In this document: in pieces, positions 26,904 to 38,432 of the stretch | Position numbering within the stretch: the stretch's first letter is position 1 | How the letters are laid out: each line of letters begins with the position of its first letter | Source: Paraspadella gotoi | Lineage: Eukaryota > Animalia > Chaetognatha | Reading direction: 5' to 3' | NCBI GenBank assembly: GCA_051294375.1 | Contig: CM119269.1 | Coordinates: 7,421,446-7,485,445, forward strand | Length of the DNA: 64,000 nt | Position numbers and translations under genes: made by a program | The notes under the pieces: model-generated | Databases searched by the model: none | The model's input: the letters and a program-made list of their open reading frames with translations, nothing else | Told to the model about the DNA's origin: nothing

Positions 26904-27000
26904 TTTTTATCGAGCCATGACCGGCGAAGCCGGTTCAGGCTCTATAATGTTTTAGGATTGCTTCTTGTAACGTCGTCGTGTCGTCGTCGGCGTCACGCTA
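26904..27000 (+). mobile_element. Helentron/DINE-1-like terminus (T-run, GC hairpin, GTC microsatellite)
   Basis: tttttatc GAGCC atgaCCGGCgaaGCCGGttca GGCTC tataatgttttagg ... cgtcgtcgtgtcgtcgtc. Confidence 0.4.
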
Positions 27001-27679
27001 TTTTTATATAAAAACTACTACGCTTTTATAGGTTTGGTTGGGACTTACCATTTTTTTAAAATAAATATTATTATGATTATGATAAAGTTTTACAAAAGTG
27101 TGCATCATAGTAAGTTAAAAATTTAGATATGGCTTCTCATCTTGAAATAGCTTTGATTTATTTCTTAATATTTAGGATTTAAGTATTTTTTGTTTAAATT
27201 TCCACTTCATTATGATTTACTGCAATATGCAAATGAGATTATAGTACTCATTATAATATCCAAATTAGTATATAGAAATGCTTTAATCTAATTTACATAT
27301 TGCATTATATAATATTGAAGATGAAATTCAAAAAAATTTTTAAATCTATAATAAAAATGGAACTCAAAATAACTTTTTAATGAGAAGCTATATCTTAATT
27401 TTAATACAAATAAAAATAAAATCTTTTACAAGCTGCGATTGGAAAAAATTGGAACAATTTCCAATTGTAAACAATTGTAACATATTTTTGCCTTTCTTTT
27501 ATTTCTTTAAATTATATATATATATTTTTTTTTAGAAAAGACGAGTTCAGGCTCTGCAGTGACTTTACAGCGGCCTTCCAGCAGCTGTCCAGCTTTGTCT
27601 CTCTTTGTCTCTCTCTCTCTCTCTTTCTGTCTCTTTCTCTCTTTACGATCTCTTGCGTGATCGTTCGTTTTTTTGAAAA

Positions 27680-27997
27680 TCTGATTATTTTTTTCCTTCT
27701 AAAAACTTTTATTATCGCCAATTTATTCCGCGCTTTTTTTTCAATACAAAATCCCAAATTTATATCTGAGATTTTCGTTGATTTTTGAGAAAATGTGAAA
27801 AAATAACTTACTTGACCTGGATTTCGTGGCCGTTGCAGGGCAACAGGTAAACAATGTCAAGGAACATGACCTAAAAACGCGTTTTGATGGCAACGGAAAC
27901 GTTACGTGTATAAAAGGATCAACTTGACCGAGATCACGCCGCCATTGCGAGGCAACGGATAACCGATATAATTGGAAAGAAATTCGGTTTTTCTTTT

Positions 27998-28028
<31 letters not shown>

Positions 28029-28172
28029 GATTATTTTTTTCCTTCTAAAAACTTTTATTATCACCATTTATTCCACGCTTTTTTCTCTTTTCCTGGATTT
28101 GACCTGGATTTCGTGGCCGTTGCGAGGCAACGAGTAAACAATGTCAAGGAACATGACCTAATAACGCGTTTC
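27680..28172 (+). repeat. imperfect direct duplication (27680-27880 vs 28026-28172)
   Basis: Shared ctgattatttttttccttctaaaaac and gacctggatttcgtggccgttgc...aaacaatgtcaaggaacatgacctaa. Confidence 0.8.
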
Positions 28173-28176
28173 TCGT

Positions 28177-28207
<31 letters not shown>

Positions 28208-28349
28208 ACCAAAAAAAATTTTATTCACTTTTTTTTTCACCACCGTCACNNNNNNNNNNNNNNNNNNNNNNNNNNNNNNNNNNNNNNNNNNNNNNNNNNN
28301 NNNNNNNNNNNNNNNNNNNNNNNNNNNNNNNNNNNNNNNNNNNNNNNNN

Positions 28350-29551
28350 GCATAAATTAAAAATCTTTGTCTTTAAAGGTTTCTTGTCTCCAGCAGCCAT
28401 TAAAGTTTTAATTATAAAATATGGTACTTGTGATGTGAGCACTACCATGACAAAAATAAAATATCTCTGAATTCTTTTGCATTGTTTCAAAAAAATAATT
28501 GCTTTAATTGTTCTTAATAACAAAACTGCCAAAAAACAGTAAAATAAATTAGAGAGGATCTTTTTAAATAAGTAAAAAAATGATCCTATTTTACAGTCAT
28601 CCACAGTTTCACCGTAATAGTTGCGGCAATCCAACTTTGCAGAAGTATAACATGTTTTCTCACATTTTTTTTCATAATGATTCATAGAAATTAAATTTAT
28701 TATCATCATAGAAAAGAAAAATAATATAGGCCAAACAAAAAAATATTTTAGATGTGCCCTTTTCTTGTGTATTATCCATACAATGAATGGCAGCGTTNNN
28801 NNNNNNNCTAGAATGCTCAATTTTATTTGAATAGAAGAAAAATTGTAAGATAAAAAATTATGGTTTCCTAGTTCAAAGAACCATGTATCTGCTGATATTT
28901 CTTTCGACTCAGTAAGACAATAATATGCTTTATATTGGACTTTGAAAAACATGTATTCTGGAACTAAACAAAAGTTATTATCGTTATCAAGAGAAATTTT
29001 CAACCCAGGCACATACACTGTCTGTCTATTGTAAAGTCCAAATTTGAATCTGTTTATGCATCGCATCAAATTTTTGTTATAGATATACTCAAACTTTGAT
29101 GGTCCAGTATTTTTAGCAACATCGATAATATAAAGATAGAAAACACTGGCATCAATGATCATTTGAAATTCAATTGCACTTTTAGTTATAGGTATTGTTT
29201 TCTTGATGCCAAACCCAAAAGTTATTATATTTTCATAAGTAGTTCATTTGCTTTGAAAGTAAAACTCTAAATACCAATTCAAGGTGGCTAGAAACCAAAG
29301 ATAAATGAACATTTGATACTGAACGAAAAAATGAAGTAGAAAGAAGTGCAAGAGACCAACAGCATCTTGAAATGTTCCATATATCATGTAGATAATTTTA
29401 TTGATTGAGCTTTTGAAAGTTAAATGCTCAATTCTGTATTCGGTAGCCACCTTAGATAAAGATACTGCAGATAACATTTGTGATATCAATAAAAAAAACT
29501 TGTTGAACTCCCATGAACAGATTATCCGACTGGTCGAAGATACCGAATCAC
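28350..29551 (-). CDS. 7TM class C GPCR-like gene, copy 3 (cleanest reading; truncated by an N gap)
   Basis: ORFs 29244-29558 and 28221-29162. The segment 28350-29672 duplicates ~8329-9687. Confidence 0.5.
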
Positions 29552-29772
29552 CTAGCAATAAAAAAAATTACTGCCTTTTTTTACTGCTTTTACTTTTAAA
29601 ATATTTTTTATCACATTTATTTTAGGTTTTTCTGGCTTAGATTTCTATCCTAAATCAAGAAATATCAAAATANNNNNNNNNNNNNNNNNNNNNNNNNNNN
29701 NNNNNNNNNNNNNNNNNNNNNNNNNNNNNNNNNNNNNNNNNNNNNNNNNNNNNNNNNNNNNNNNNNNNNNNN

Positions 29773-29866
29773 GAGGATGAGGAGGAGAAGGGAGAGTCGA
29801 TGTGGGCGTTGACGTTGCTGCTGCGCTGTCGGACAAGATGAACAGACAATTGACGGCGGTTATCGG
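29773..29866 (+). CDS. NRBP1: NRBP/Madm penultimate exon, 3' half (in inverted block)
   Basis: EDEEEKGESMWALTLLLRLSDKMNRQLTAVIG (one indel) matches NRBP LTLLLKLEDKLNRHL and Madm LTILLRMDDKMNRQLT. Donor gg|gtgagg. Confidence 0.85.
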
Positions 29867-30277
29867 GTGAGGGGGGAAATCGTGGGGGGGGGTTCGGGTG
29901 AGGGGGGAATTCGGAGGGGGTTTCGGGTGAGGGGGAATTCGGAGGGGGGTTTCGGGTTGAGGGGGGAAATCGGTGGGGGGTTTCGGGTGAGGGGGGAAAT
30001 CGGTGGGGGGGTTTCGGGTGAGGGGGAATATCGGTGGGGGGGTTTCGGGTGAGGGGGGAAATCGGAGGGGGGTTTCGGGTGAGGGGGAATCGGAGGGGGG
30101 GTTTCGGTGAGGGGGGAAATCGTGGGTGAGGGGTGGGGGGGGGTTTTCGGGTGAGGGGGGAATTATCGGAGGGGGGTTTCGGGTAGAGGGGGAATCGGGG
30201 CAGGGGGGGTTTCGGGTGAGGGGGGGAAATTCGGGGGGGGGTTTCGGGTGAGGGGGGAAATCGGTGGGGGGGGTTTC
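29863..30277 (+). repeat. G-rich ~30-bp minisatellite (~13-14 units) at the 5' end of the intron
   Basis: Unit ~tcgggtgaggggggaaatcggaggggggttt. Confidence 0.95.
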
Positions 30278-30559
30278 GTCGAAGTTCAATATAATCACCT
30301 TCCATGAAATCTTGTCCAATGTCCATATCAAAGCGGCGATAAAATTCAAAATTAACTTTGTGAACATAATTCGGAAAACTAAAGGAAAGTATGACCAACA
30401 TTTTACAAATAAACTAATGAATCAAATATGGATCATTTCAATAGAGATAGATATATTTAATCTTATCTTCCTACGCACTCTCTCTCCCTTATCACCCTCG
30501 CCTACCACAACCCCCTCATTTCTACCCCCACGCCCAACCCATCCGTCCACATCCTCCAG

Positions 30560-30730
30560 ATCGAGATTTGACACCGCCGTTCTCCTCGTCGACGAACTCA
30601 TCCACTTCGCTTCATACGCCGCCGAGATGGAGATCGATCGGTCGAGTTTTTGTCGCGGAATTTGGCGCGGATTGCGGCGCCGGCGGTCGGCACAGCAGCG
30701 GGACGAGGCGCCGGGGGAGAGCGGATAAAG
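30560..30730 (+). CDS. NRBP1: NRBP/Madm terminal coding exon (in inverted block; exact stop uncertain)
   Basis: The acceptor cctccag|a completes GG|A=Gly. SRFDTAVLLVDELIHF(G)FIRRRDGDRSVEFL matches Madm NDTAADLTSELVRLGFVHLDDQDKI (one indel). Confidence 0.8.
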
Positions 30731-31699
30731 GGATGGGATAGGGGGAGGGAAAGGGCTGAAGATATGGGGGAGAGCGAAGGGGATTTTTAAAGTTTAATCG
30801 TTTGTTCTTGATTTTCAAAGATTTCATCGCAAATATATCTAGTTTGTAGTTTTTTCAGAGAATTCATTCCTGGCAAGATTTGTAGTGGGATGTGCATCGT
30901 TTCTAAACTATTTAGTATTTTAAATGAATTTTTGGGTGAGCGCGAACGATAGGAAATTCTAAAATATTATCTACATACAAAAATTTCATCAAAATCGGAT
31001 AATCCGCTTCAAAAAAGTTATGGCAAAAAAACGATCTCGAAAATCGCGCTTCGAATCGATCAACTTTCGCTTAAATCGAAACTCGTTTTGATCCAATAAG
31101 GATTTGAACTATTGCGTAGTACTAAGCTTTAAATCCGGTAATCGCGATTAAGGCGCAATCCGCAGGCCTTCGTTAAGAAGTATGAAAGAAGCGAAACAAG
31201 GAAAAAGATGGTAATATTAGAAAAGGTAAATTTGAAAAAATAATAAAATTATAACAGAATATTGTAAGATAAATCATAAGAGAACAAAACAAGTTATCAT
31301 TGCAAAGTATAGCGAGTGGATATCGCCATCAAAATTACTATTTTAAACTAACGTCAATTTCAATTTAATATCGTTTAATTCAAGATTCAGGAATTAAAGA
31401 TGAGAATTCACTATCTGTCACTTCAAGATTAATTTTCATTTTTGAATCATTTTCAATTTGACGGAAAATTTGATTTGACGTATGGATAACAATAAAACTA
31501 TGGAATAAAAGAAAATGATTGGATTATGCCAAACTTTGATGAAAAAAATATGAATAAAATTAATTAAACTAATAACGATGGTTAATATTTTAAATTTGTC
31601 GAACACTTTAATCTGAAATCCCTTATATTTATTATAAATAAGTTGGGCAAACCAATATCGGATTTTGCCTAACAATAATTTTAGTCGCCAATCAGCTAA

Positions 31700-32610
31700 A
31701 AAGGTATGCATAGTTGAAAAAAGAATGCAAGCTTGTTTCCGTTTTATTGAAAAAAAGTATGCAAGTCTTTGTAGAAAAAAAATATGGCGTACTCTAATTT
31801 GATGCAAGGTTGTTGGTGTTGGTTGAAAAAAAATAAACGAGTAATTTGTGCAAATCTTTGAAAAAAAGTATGCAAGGTTTGAAAAAAAGGAATGCAAGTT
31901 GAAAAAAAGTATGCTGTTGAAAAAAAGTTATGCAAGTTGAAAAAAAAAGTATGCCCAAGAGTATTGCAATTTTAAAAAAGTTTATGCAATTATGAAGGAA
32001 AGTATGCAAAAGTATTTGCAATTTGAAAAAATGTATGCAAAAGTATTGCAATTTTTGAAAAAAAAAATGTTATGCAAAAGTATGCAAATTTTTTTAAAAA
32101 AGTATGCAAAAAAGTATGCAATTTAAGAAAATGTAGCAAAAGTATGGCAATTTAGAAAATGTAGCAAAAAGTATGCCAATTTAAAAAAGTATGCAAATTG
32201 GGGAAAAAGTATGCATACGTTTGAAAAAAGTGAGCATACTTTGAAAAAGCATGCCTACTTTTTTTGAGAGTATGCATACTTTTTGTTTTCAAAGTATGCA
32301 TACTTTTTCAAAACAGTACGCATACTTTTTCAAAGGTATGCATTTACTCTTTTTCAAATTCTACTCTCATACTTTCCAAAGACGTATGCGCATACCTTCT
32401 TCCTCCGCTAAGCGACGATAATGTGCTCCTAACTGTGTGGCCAATATGCAATACATATATATACAAGCTATGCATACTTAAAAAAGTATTGCATAATTTG
32501 GGAAAAAAGTATGACATACTTTGAAAATATGCATACTTTTTGAAAAAAAAGTATGCATTATTGGAAAAAAGGATGCATAATAAGTCTTTGAAAAAAGTAG
32601 CTGGCATAAT
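31700..32610. repeat. degenerate AAAAAAGTATGCA satellite with an internal orientation switch
   Basis: Many aaaagtatgc units. The reversed form gcatactttt dominates ~32230-32395, and palindromic agtatgcatact occurs. Confidence 0.85.
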
Positions 32611-33362
32611 TGCTGAGAGAGAGAGAGTAATTGCAAGCTATTTGAAAACATTTGTAAAAATGTGAATAGAGAGACATTTTGATAAACGCGTTCCAGCAGT
32701 TAGAAGACATTCAGGGTTAAAGTTAAAAACTTTCATTTTCAAGGAAATTTTAAAAATGTCTCTCTATTACATTTTCTAATAATAATTAAAAAATTCATTA
32801 AAAATATCAGATGCTTTCCAAAACTAAAAAAAAACTTTTTCAAATTTTGACATTTTCTATTGTAAGATATATTATAAACTATGGCCGCATGAAAATTTAG
32901 AAAATCCAAAAAAATTTTGTTTATATATCAATGTTGTTTTAGACAGACACTGTCTATGAACAACTATTAAATTTGGATGTCTGCCAACTGTGTGCGACTA
33001 CGCCTTTGCCCTTATTATACTGTACAGTATAATATGTTCTTTTCGTTAATGCTATCCACATTGCCATTTGCTTTTTCTGTATATGACAATTGGCATCCAC
33101 CCCAATGTCAACTTTAGCACTTTCGGCTGTTCTGTGCCGCCCTATAACTAGATACCCACCTCTTGCAAATACCTCAAAAAGTTTCATTTGTCCAATGTAC
33201 AACCAATGGATGTGGGCGAATGTTTAATACCTAACTAAATTCTATTATTACTAATATTAGTCATTTGTTTCTACCATTTCACTCTTACATTTTAAAACTC
33301 CGCTTTAAGTCAGACAAAAGCAGGGATAAAAAAGAAAACAACAAGAAACAGCTTGGATATTA

Positions 33363-33693
33363 TCATGCTCCACGTCCTTCGTATTCCTTACGTGCTGGCG
33401 GAATCTTCAGGCCGTCTGGGACCTCCCGATTCATCAAGGACCGTCTACGCCTAGTTGCAAGTACCATGCACACCTCCTTTCTGCAATACACAATCTTTTC
33501 TTCCTTCTTTTCTAGTCTGAGTTTAGTGACTTCCCAATACTTACTAGGATTCCCGAATCGATTTCCATTCAATTTAGACTTCTCCGTGCGAAGCAAATCG
33601 GAAATTTAGATGACAGAGAATTCGCACTCACCTGAACATCCTTTGCCTCCGAGCTCATGTCGTCTTCGCCTATCCAAAACTTTAGGCAAGGAC
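33363..33693 (-). CDS. putative 3' exons of an unknown gene (33693-33632, 33581-33363)
   Basis: tttttag|...cag|gtgagt gives (G)PCLKFWIGEDDMSSEAKDVQ, with a phase-0 join to KSKLNGNRFGNPSKYWEV...RRRRSL...GRGA*. The second acceptor is weak. Confidence 0.35.
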
Positions 33694-34204
33694 CTAAAAA
33701 TGGCATTTATATTACCCGAATAGACTTCGCTCTAAATTGTTTAAAGGAAATTCTCAACCTTGAAACTTCGATCGCGTGACAATTGCGCAGAAGAATTTTA
33801 CAAAGCTATAATTTAAATTTCTGCGTTCTAACTTTTTATTACTGCTGTATCAGAACTGTATCCAGAATCAGAATCCTCACTCTGTCATACAGAATCCATC
33901 AAATAATACTTTTTAAAAGATATCAAAAAAGTGTTTCAGTTTTTTTCTTCTCTAATATAATTCCTTAAGATTAATGTCTCTTCATTCAGGGCTCTAAAAC
34001 CGCAGTTACCCCTCAGAAGAATAGTCAATTTTGACAAAAAGAAATTATAATGTCTCTACTACCACTAACATCTCATGCTCATGATAGATTATTTTAATGC
34101 TGTTCACTTAGCCAATTTAATAATATTTCACCGGCTATGGCTATTCTATTATCTCTTTTTTTGGAAAACAGAGAGAGGCATCAAATTAATCTTTAAATTC
34201 TATT

Positions 34205-34672
34205 TAGCGGCTTCAACGAACACGACATCTGCAGAATCTTTCGTCTCTCCGGTTGATATCCGCCTTCCACGACTTCAGCGCCGCCGCCAGCCGCCGCGGC
34301 GCCGTGAAACTCCTCCGGGACGCCGGCTCCGACGACGCCGGCGCCGCCGAGGGAATCTACGGAGCCGACGACGAGGGACTCTACGTCGGCGGCGACGTCG
34401 GATCCGGCCGACGCCGCGGACGACACGGCCGCCGACGCCGGAACTCCGGCGACGGGTCCGGCAGGGGTGGAAGAGGCGGAGACGGCGCCGCGAGATGGCC
34501 GCGTGAAAGGGCGCAGGGGGGCGTAGCTGCCGGAAACGAGTTCGTCGGCGAAAGAACGAAGGGCGTCGATGGAACCGGCGATGGAACCGGCGCCGTTTAC
34601 GTCGACGATAGTAACGCCGTCGGGGAAGAGAGGAGAGACGGCGACGACGGCGTCGTTGAGGGAAAGTCGATG
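34205..34672 (-). CDS. NRBP1: NRBP/Madm exon broken mid-exon at ~34205
   Basis: HRLSLND...ALRSFADELVSGSYAPL...YQPERRKILQMSCSLKP matches NRBP LDKFLEDVRNGIYPL and ETRKVVLMQCNIE. No donor follows. Confidence 0.85.
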
Positions 34673-34993
34673 CTTTTGGCGGGAAAAAAAAGTTGAAATA
34701 AATACGTAAATTAAATTTGAGAATAAATTTATTAGTCTCCTGTCACAACCTGATAGCCCCTAACAAAAGCACTTCTCACCAACCCTTAGTATTTCACCCT
34801 ATGAGTTCTCACGACCACAAGCAGTCACGACACTGGCCTCTCTCTCCTTTCATCTGTCCAACGATGGCCTCTGCCCACTCTAATGCCACTGTCTGTTTCT
34901 ACGCCTACCTAGAAGACTTCTGCCCACTACCTTGTTCCGCCTTTATTGACGTCTCCTACCTAGCCATATGCGCCTCATGACCCCGGTCCCCAC

Positions 34994-35181
34994 CTGGATC
35001 ACGTGTCCCCACCGCCCCCAATCGCTCCTATTTCCCCTCAAGAGAACGGAGGCGGCGGAGACCGCCAGCGTCGTCACGCCCTCTGAGAGAATCGGGTGAT
35101 TGAGAAGATCTTTGGCGGCGGCGCGTTGGTGACGGTCTGGGTCGAGGCACTGGCGGAGAAAGTCCCGTTGGAGGGAGTTGT
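34994..35181 (-). CDS. NRBP1: NRBP/Madm exon (kinase subdomain XI)
   Basis: DNSLQRDFLRQCLDPDRHQRAAAKDLLNHPILSEGVTTLAVSAA vs NRBP1 DPLQREFIQKCL..P..RPTARELLFHPALFEVPSLKLLAA. Phases are consistent. Confidence 0.92.
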
Positions 35182-35321
35182 CTGACGGGGGGGAAAGGGG
35201 GTATATGAGTTCCGGGATTTTAAAGGATTTGGTGGAATTTATTAGGATTTAAGAGGGATTTGGTAAATAGTTTTGCAGGGTTTATTTGTAATTTTAAAAG
35301 AGAATTATAATTTATTTAGGG

Positions 35322-36865
35322 CAGTGATTTCTATCGAGGAATTCAGCAAAAAAACCAAACTTTTTGCAATATTGCTAGAATATTACCTACAAAATTAATT
35401 AAATTAGAACCCGAAGACAAGTGGGCTAGACTACGGATTAATTGAAATCATCTGTAGCATTCTCTAATCAAGAATCAATATCATTTTTGCTACTTTTAAT
35501 AAAAAAAATTATGTCCATTTTTGTCCATTTTGACTTTTGTCTTGAGATTTGAATGACAAGATGGTTTAAGAAAAATTTTTTATTTCGGTTTTCGGGTCTT
35601 CTTTTATTTTCCCTACCTGTGAGTCAGTTCATATTCAATTGAAAATCTATTGTTTGCCTTTGAATTAATTTTAAAATTGACTAGTCAAAAACTCACATTT
35701 TTAGTTTTTATTACAATTTGTTAAACAAAAATGTTTGATTTCAACAATTCTAGGGAAATATTCCTATTCAACTGAGCTTCCAACACCCAAAAAATTATGG
35801 CAAAATTTCAATACTTTGGCTTGTAAAAAAATTTTAAGCCCCGACTTTTAATTTGTGAGGTTTTGTGAGGTGCATTTTTTTAAAACTAAAACTCGTTTTT
35901 TAACCTAATTTTATAGTTTCATCAGATGAGAAACACACCTAATGTTCAAGTTTTAAAAAAAACCGCATTCATTTAATGTAATGGGAAGCTTCAGTACATT
36001 TTTTTCTCCAATCGACACGTTTTTTGGCGAAAAAAATTTCCGCAAAAATCTGTCGATTTTTAAATCTGCTAGGCAACCAAACTTCCGCTAAAATCTTGCA
36101 CTACCCTATTTTTTTTTCTTACAATACATTTTGAAAGATTTGAAAAATTAGTGAGAAAGAGAAAAAGATAAGAGAAGCAGAGTATGGGTGAAAAAAAAGG
36201 GGCAGGGAGAGGGAGAACAAGTGGAAAAAAAAATTATATGAGGAGAAGAGGGAGAAGAGGGAGAAGGAATGATTAAGAGAAAAGAAAAAACAAGAAAGAA
36301 GGAAGGAAGAGAATCAGAGAGGGAGAGAAAAGCAGAGATAGAGTGGAAGGGAAATAAAGGTAAAGGAAGAAAAGAATGGATGACACAGATAATTATGACG
36401 AGAGAAAAGTAAGAGAAAGACAGAAGAGAAAGAGAGAGGGAACAGAGAGAAAGTTCAAAAAGAGAAAAGTAATAAGAAAAAGGAGTAGGAAAAAAAGGAA
36501 AAAATTTTATACTATAGCATGCCGTTTTTTTGCTAAGCAGTACTATATCTAAAATACGTGACAGATCTTACGAACAAATTTAATCTCTAAAAGAATGGTC
36601 TTACCATGAAAAATGTTTTTTAGTTTCTTCTTAATTAAGGATGATACGTATTGGAATGATCATCGTAAAAGAAATCATGTCTTACCGTATTTTGAAAGCA
36701 TAGAAATTCACCCAGTGACTCTATGTTATAAAGAGAAGATAACTAATAACCAACCGTTTTTTTAAATAAAGGGTGTTTCATATTTATCAGTGGGAAAAAA
36801 GAAGAAATAATAGTTAGTAAAGTTCCTAAATTCACTTGTTGAAAATACCCAAATAGAAATCACTG
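35322..36865. mobile_element. non-autonomous hAT-like DNA transposon in an NRBP intron
   Basis: 13-bp perfect TIR CAGTGATTTCTAT/ATAGAAATCACTG. The 8-bp flanks atttaggg and ccttaggg match at 6 of 8 positions (TSD-like). Confidence 0.65.
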
Positions 36866-37370
36866 CCTTAGGGTTTAAAAATGATCCTTTCTGCATTTTA
36901 TAAGGGTTTATGGTTATTTATTGGGATTTAAAATGAATTAAAACAGATTTAATGGGATTAGGTGCGCTTAAAAGAGTTTATATCTGTTTAAATAGAGTTT
37001 TAAAGCGATTTAAAGTTTATTGAAAATTTTTTGGAAGCTGGTTGATAACATAACATAACTAATTTATAATCACTTTTATAAAATTTTAAATGAGATTCTA
37101 AGTATTAAATCTTTGTCTCTCGCAAGTAAGTTGTTATCCTTTTTACCCAAACTAGTTTGACAGCTCATCCTGATAATGAAACTGAAAAAGACCGGTTTTT
37201 TAAAAAATCGGTTTAAATTTTGAGGGGAAGACTAGATTACAAAATTTTTGTTAAATTCGAATGTTTTCATTTCATAAATCAATCCTGTAATTGGGCGAAT
37301 ATTTTCACAGAGGCGCCTCCCGTTGAAAAAATAGAAGAGAAAGAGAAAAAGAGTGGGAGCGATATAGAAC

Positions 37371-37488
<118 letters not shown>

Positions 37489-37638
37489 TCATTCAACTTT
37501 AGACATGAAATCACGTTTATTTACTCGCGAAATAAAATTTAATAAATTAATAATTAAATTTAAAAATTAGTTTAAATTAATTGAAGGCATGGTATTTTGG
37601 CTTTCTTTTCGTGACGTTAAAATAAAAAACACTTAGCG

Positions 37639-37676
37639 CTGATGAGGAAGCGCAAAACAAAGAGTCGAAACATGTC
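37639..37676 (+). ncRNA. degenerate hammerhead-like motif
   Basis: CTGATGAG...CGAAACATGTC has the same 3' end as the PLE hammerheads, but stem II pairs poorly. Confidence 0.4.
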
Positions 37677-37808
37677 CGTTTTTGAATAAAAACTTAGTTT
37701 TCTATTTAAAAATCAATTTAATTGAATAAGTGCTTTAAAATATTTAATTGAGTATTTTCTAATGATTTGATAATTAAAAATTTCTCCCGTTCCACCCTCC
37801 CGCCTCAC

Positions 37809-38080
37809 CGAGTTTATCGATGGCGGCGCCGAGATCGTTGCCTAGCGACGCCTCGAGCGACGCCATTTCCGGTTCCGCCACGTCGGCGTTCTCTTCGTCC
37901 GTCGAGGGTTGACTCCGCCCTCCAGCGGACCACGCCCCCGCCGGCCACGTCAACGCCGTCGCCATCACCAGCGCCACCACGCCGAAAGCGTAGACGTCGA
38001 CGCCGGTCCCGACGTGACGCCGCCCGCCCTCGTCGCCGGTGACGAGTTCCGGCGCGAAGTAGCGCCGGTCGATGGGTTCT
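37809..38080 (-). CDS. NRBP1: NRBP/Madm exon (subdomains VIII-X)
   Basis: RYFAPELVTG...GVDVYAFGVVALVMA...AAIDKL vs NRBP1 FFAPEYG...AVDIYSFGMCALEMA...SAIQLL. AG/GT boundaries, 272 bp. Confidence 0.92.
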
Positions 38081-38432
38081 CTGTGCGATGTGGGGGGTAG
38101 AGGGGGGTGGGGGAAGGAAGGGGGGAGGTTTTAGCTTTTAATGAGAGTGGTTATGTATAAATATTAATGAAATAAAATTTGAAAAAAAATTACGAAAAAA
38201 AACTACCATAATCCATATCCTGTTAAAAGTCTGGGACAAGATAGCTTGGTATTCAATGAATGAATAATTTTTTATATTGGTTAAATACCATTTTTATAGG
38301 AACGTAAATGTCAGGAGGTTATGTAGTAAATACTATACAAGTATACATTCGATCAATCAATCAATGAATCAAACAATCAATCAAACNNNNNNNNNNNNNN
38401 NNNNNNNNNNNNNNNNNNNNNNNNNNNNNNNN

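Noticed and set aside
29645-30401. 240-248-aa proline-rich ORFs
   Set aside because: They are translations of the G-rich intronic minisatellite read through an N gap. The real coding exons are on the plus strand.
29773-34672. Trans-splicing as the explanation of the plus-strand NRBP 3' exons
   Set aside because: The break at ~34205 is mid-exon with no donor site, so splicing cannot join the parts.
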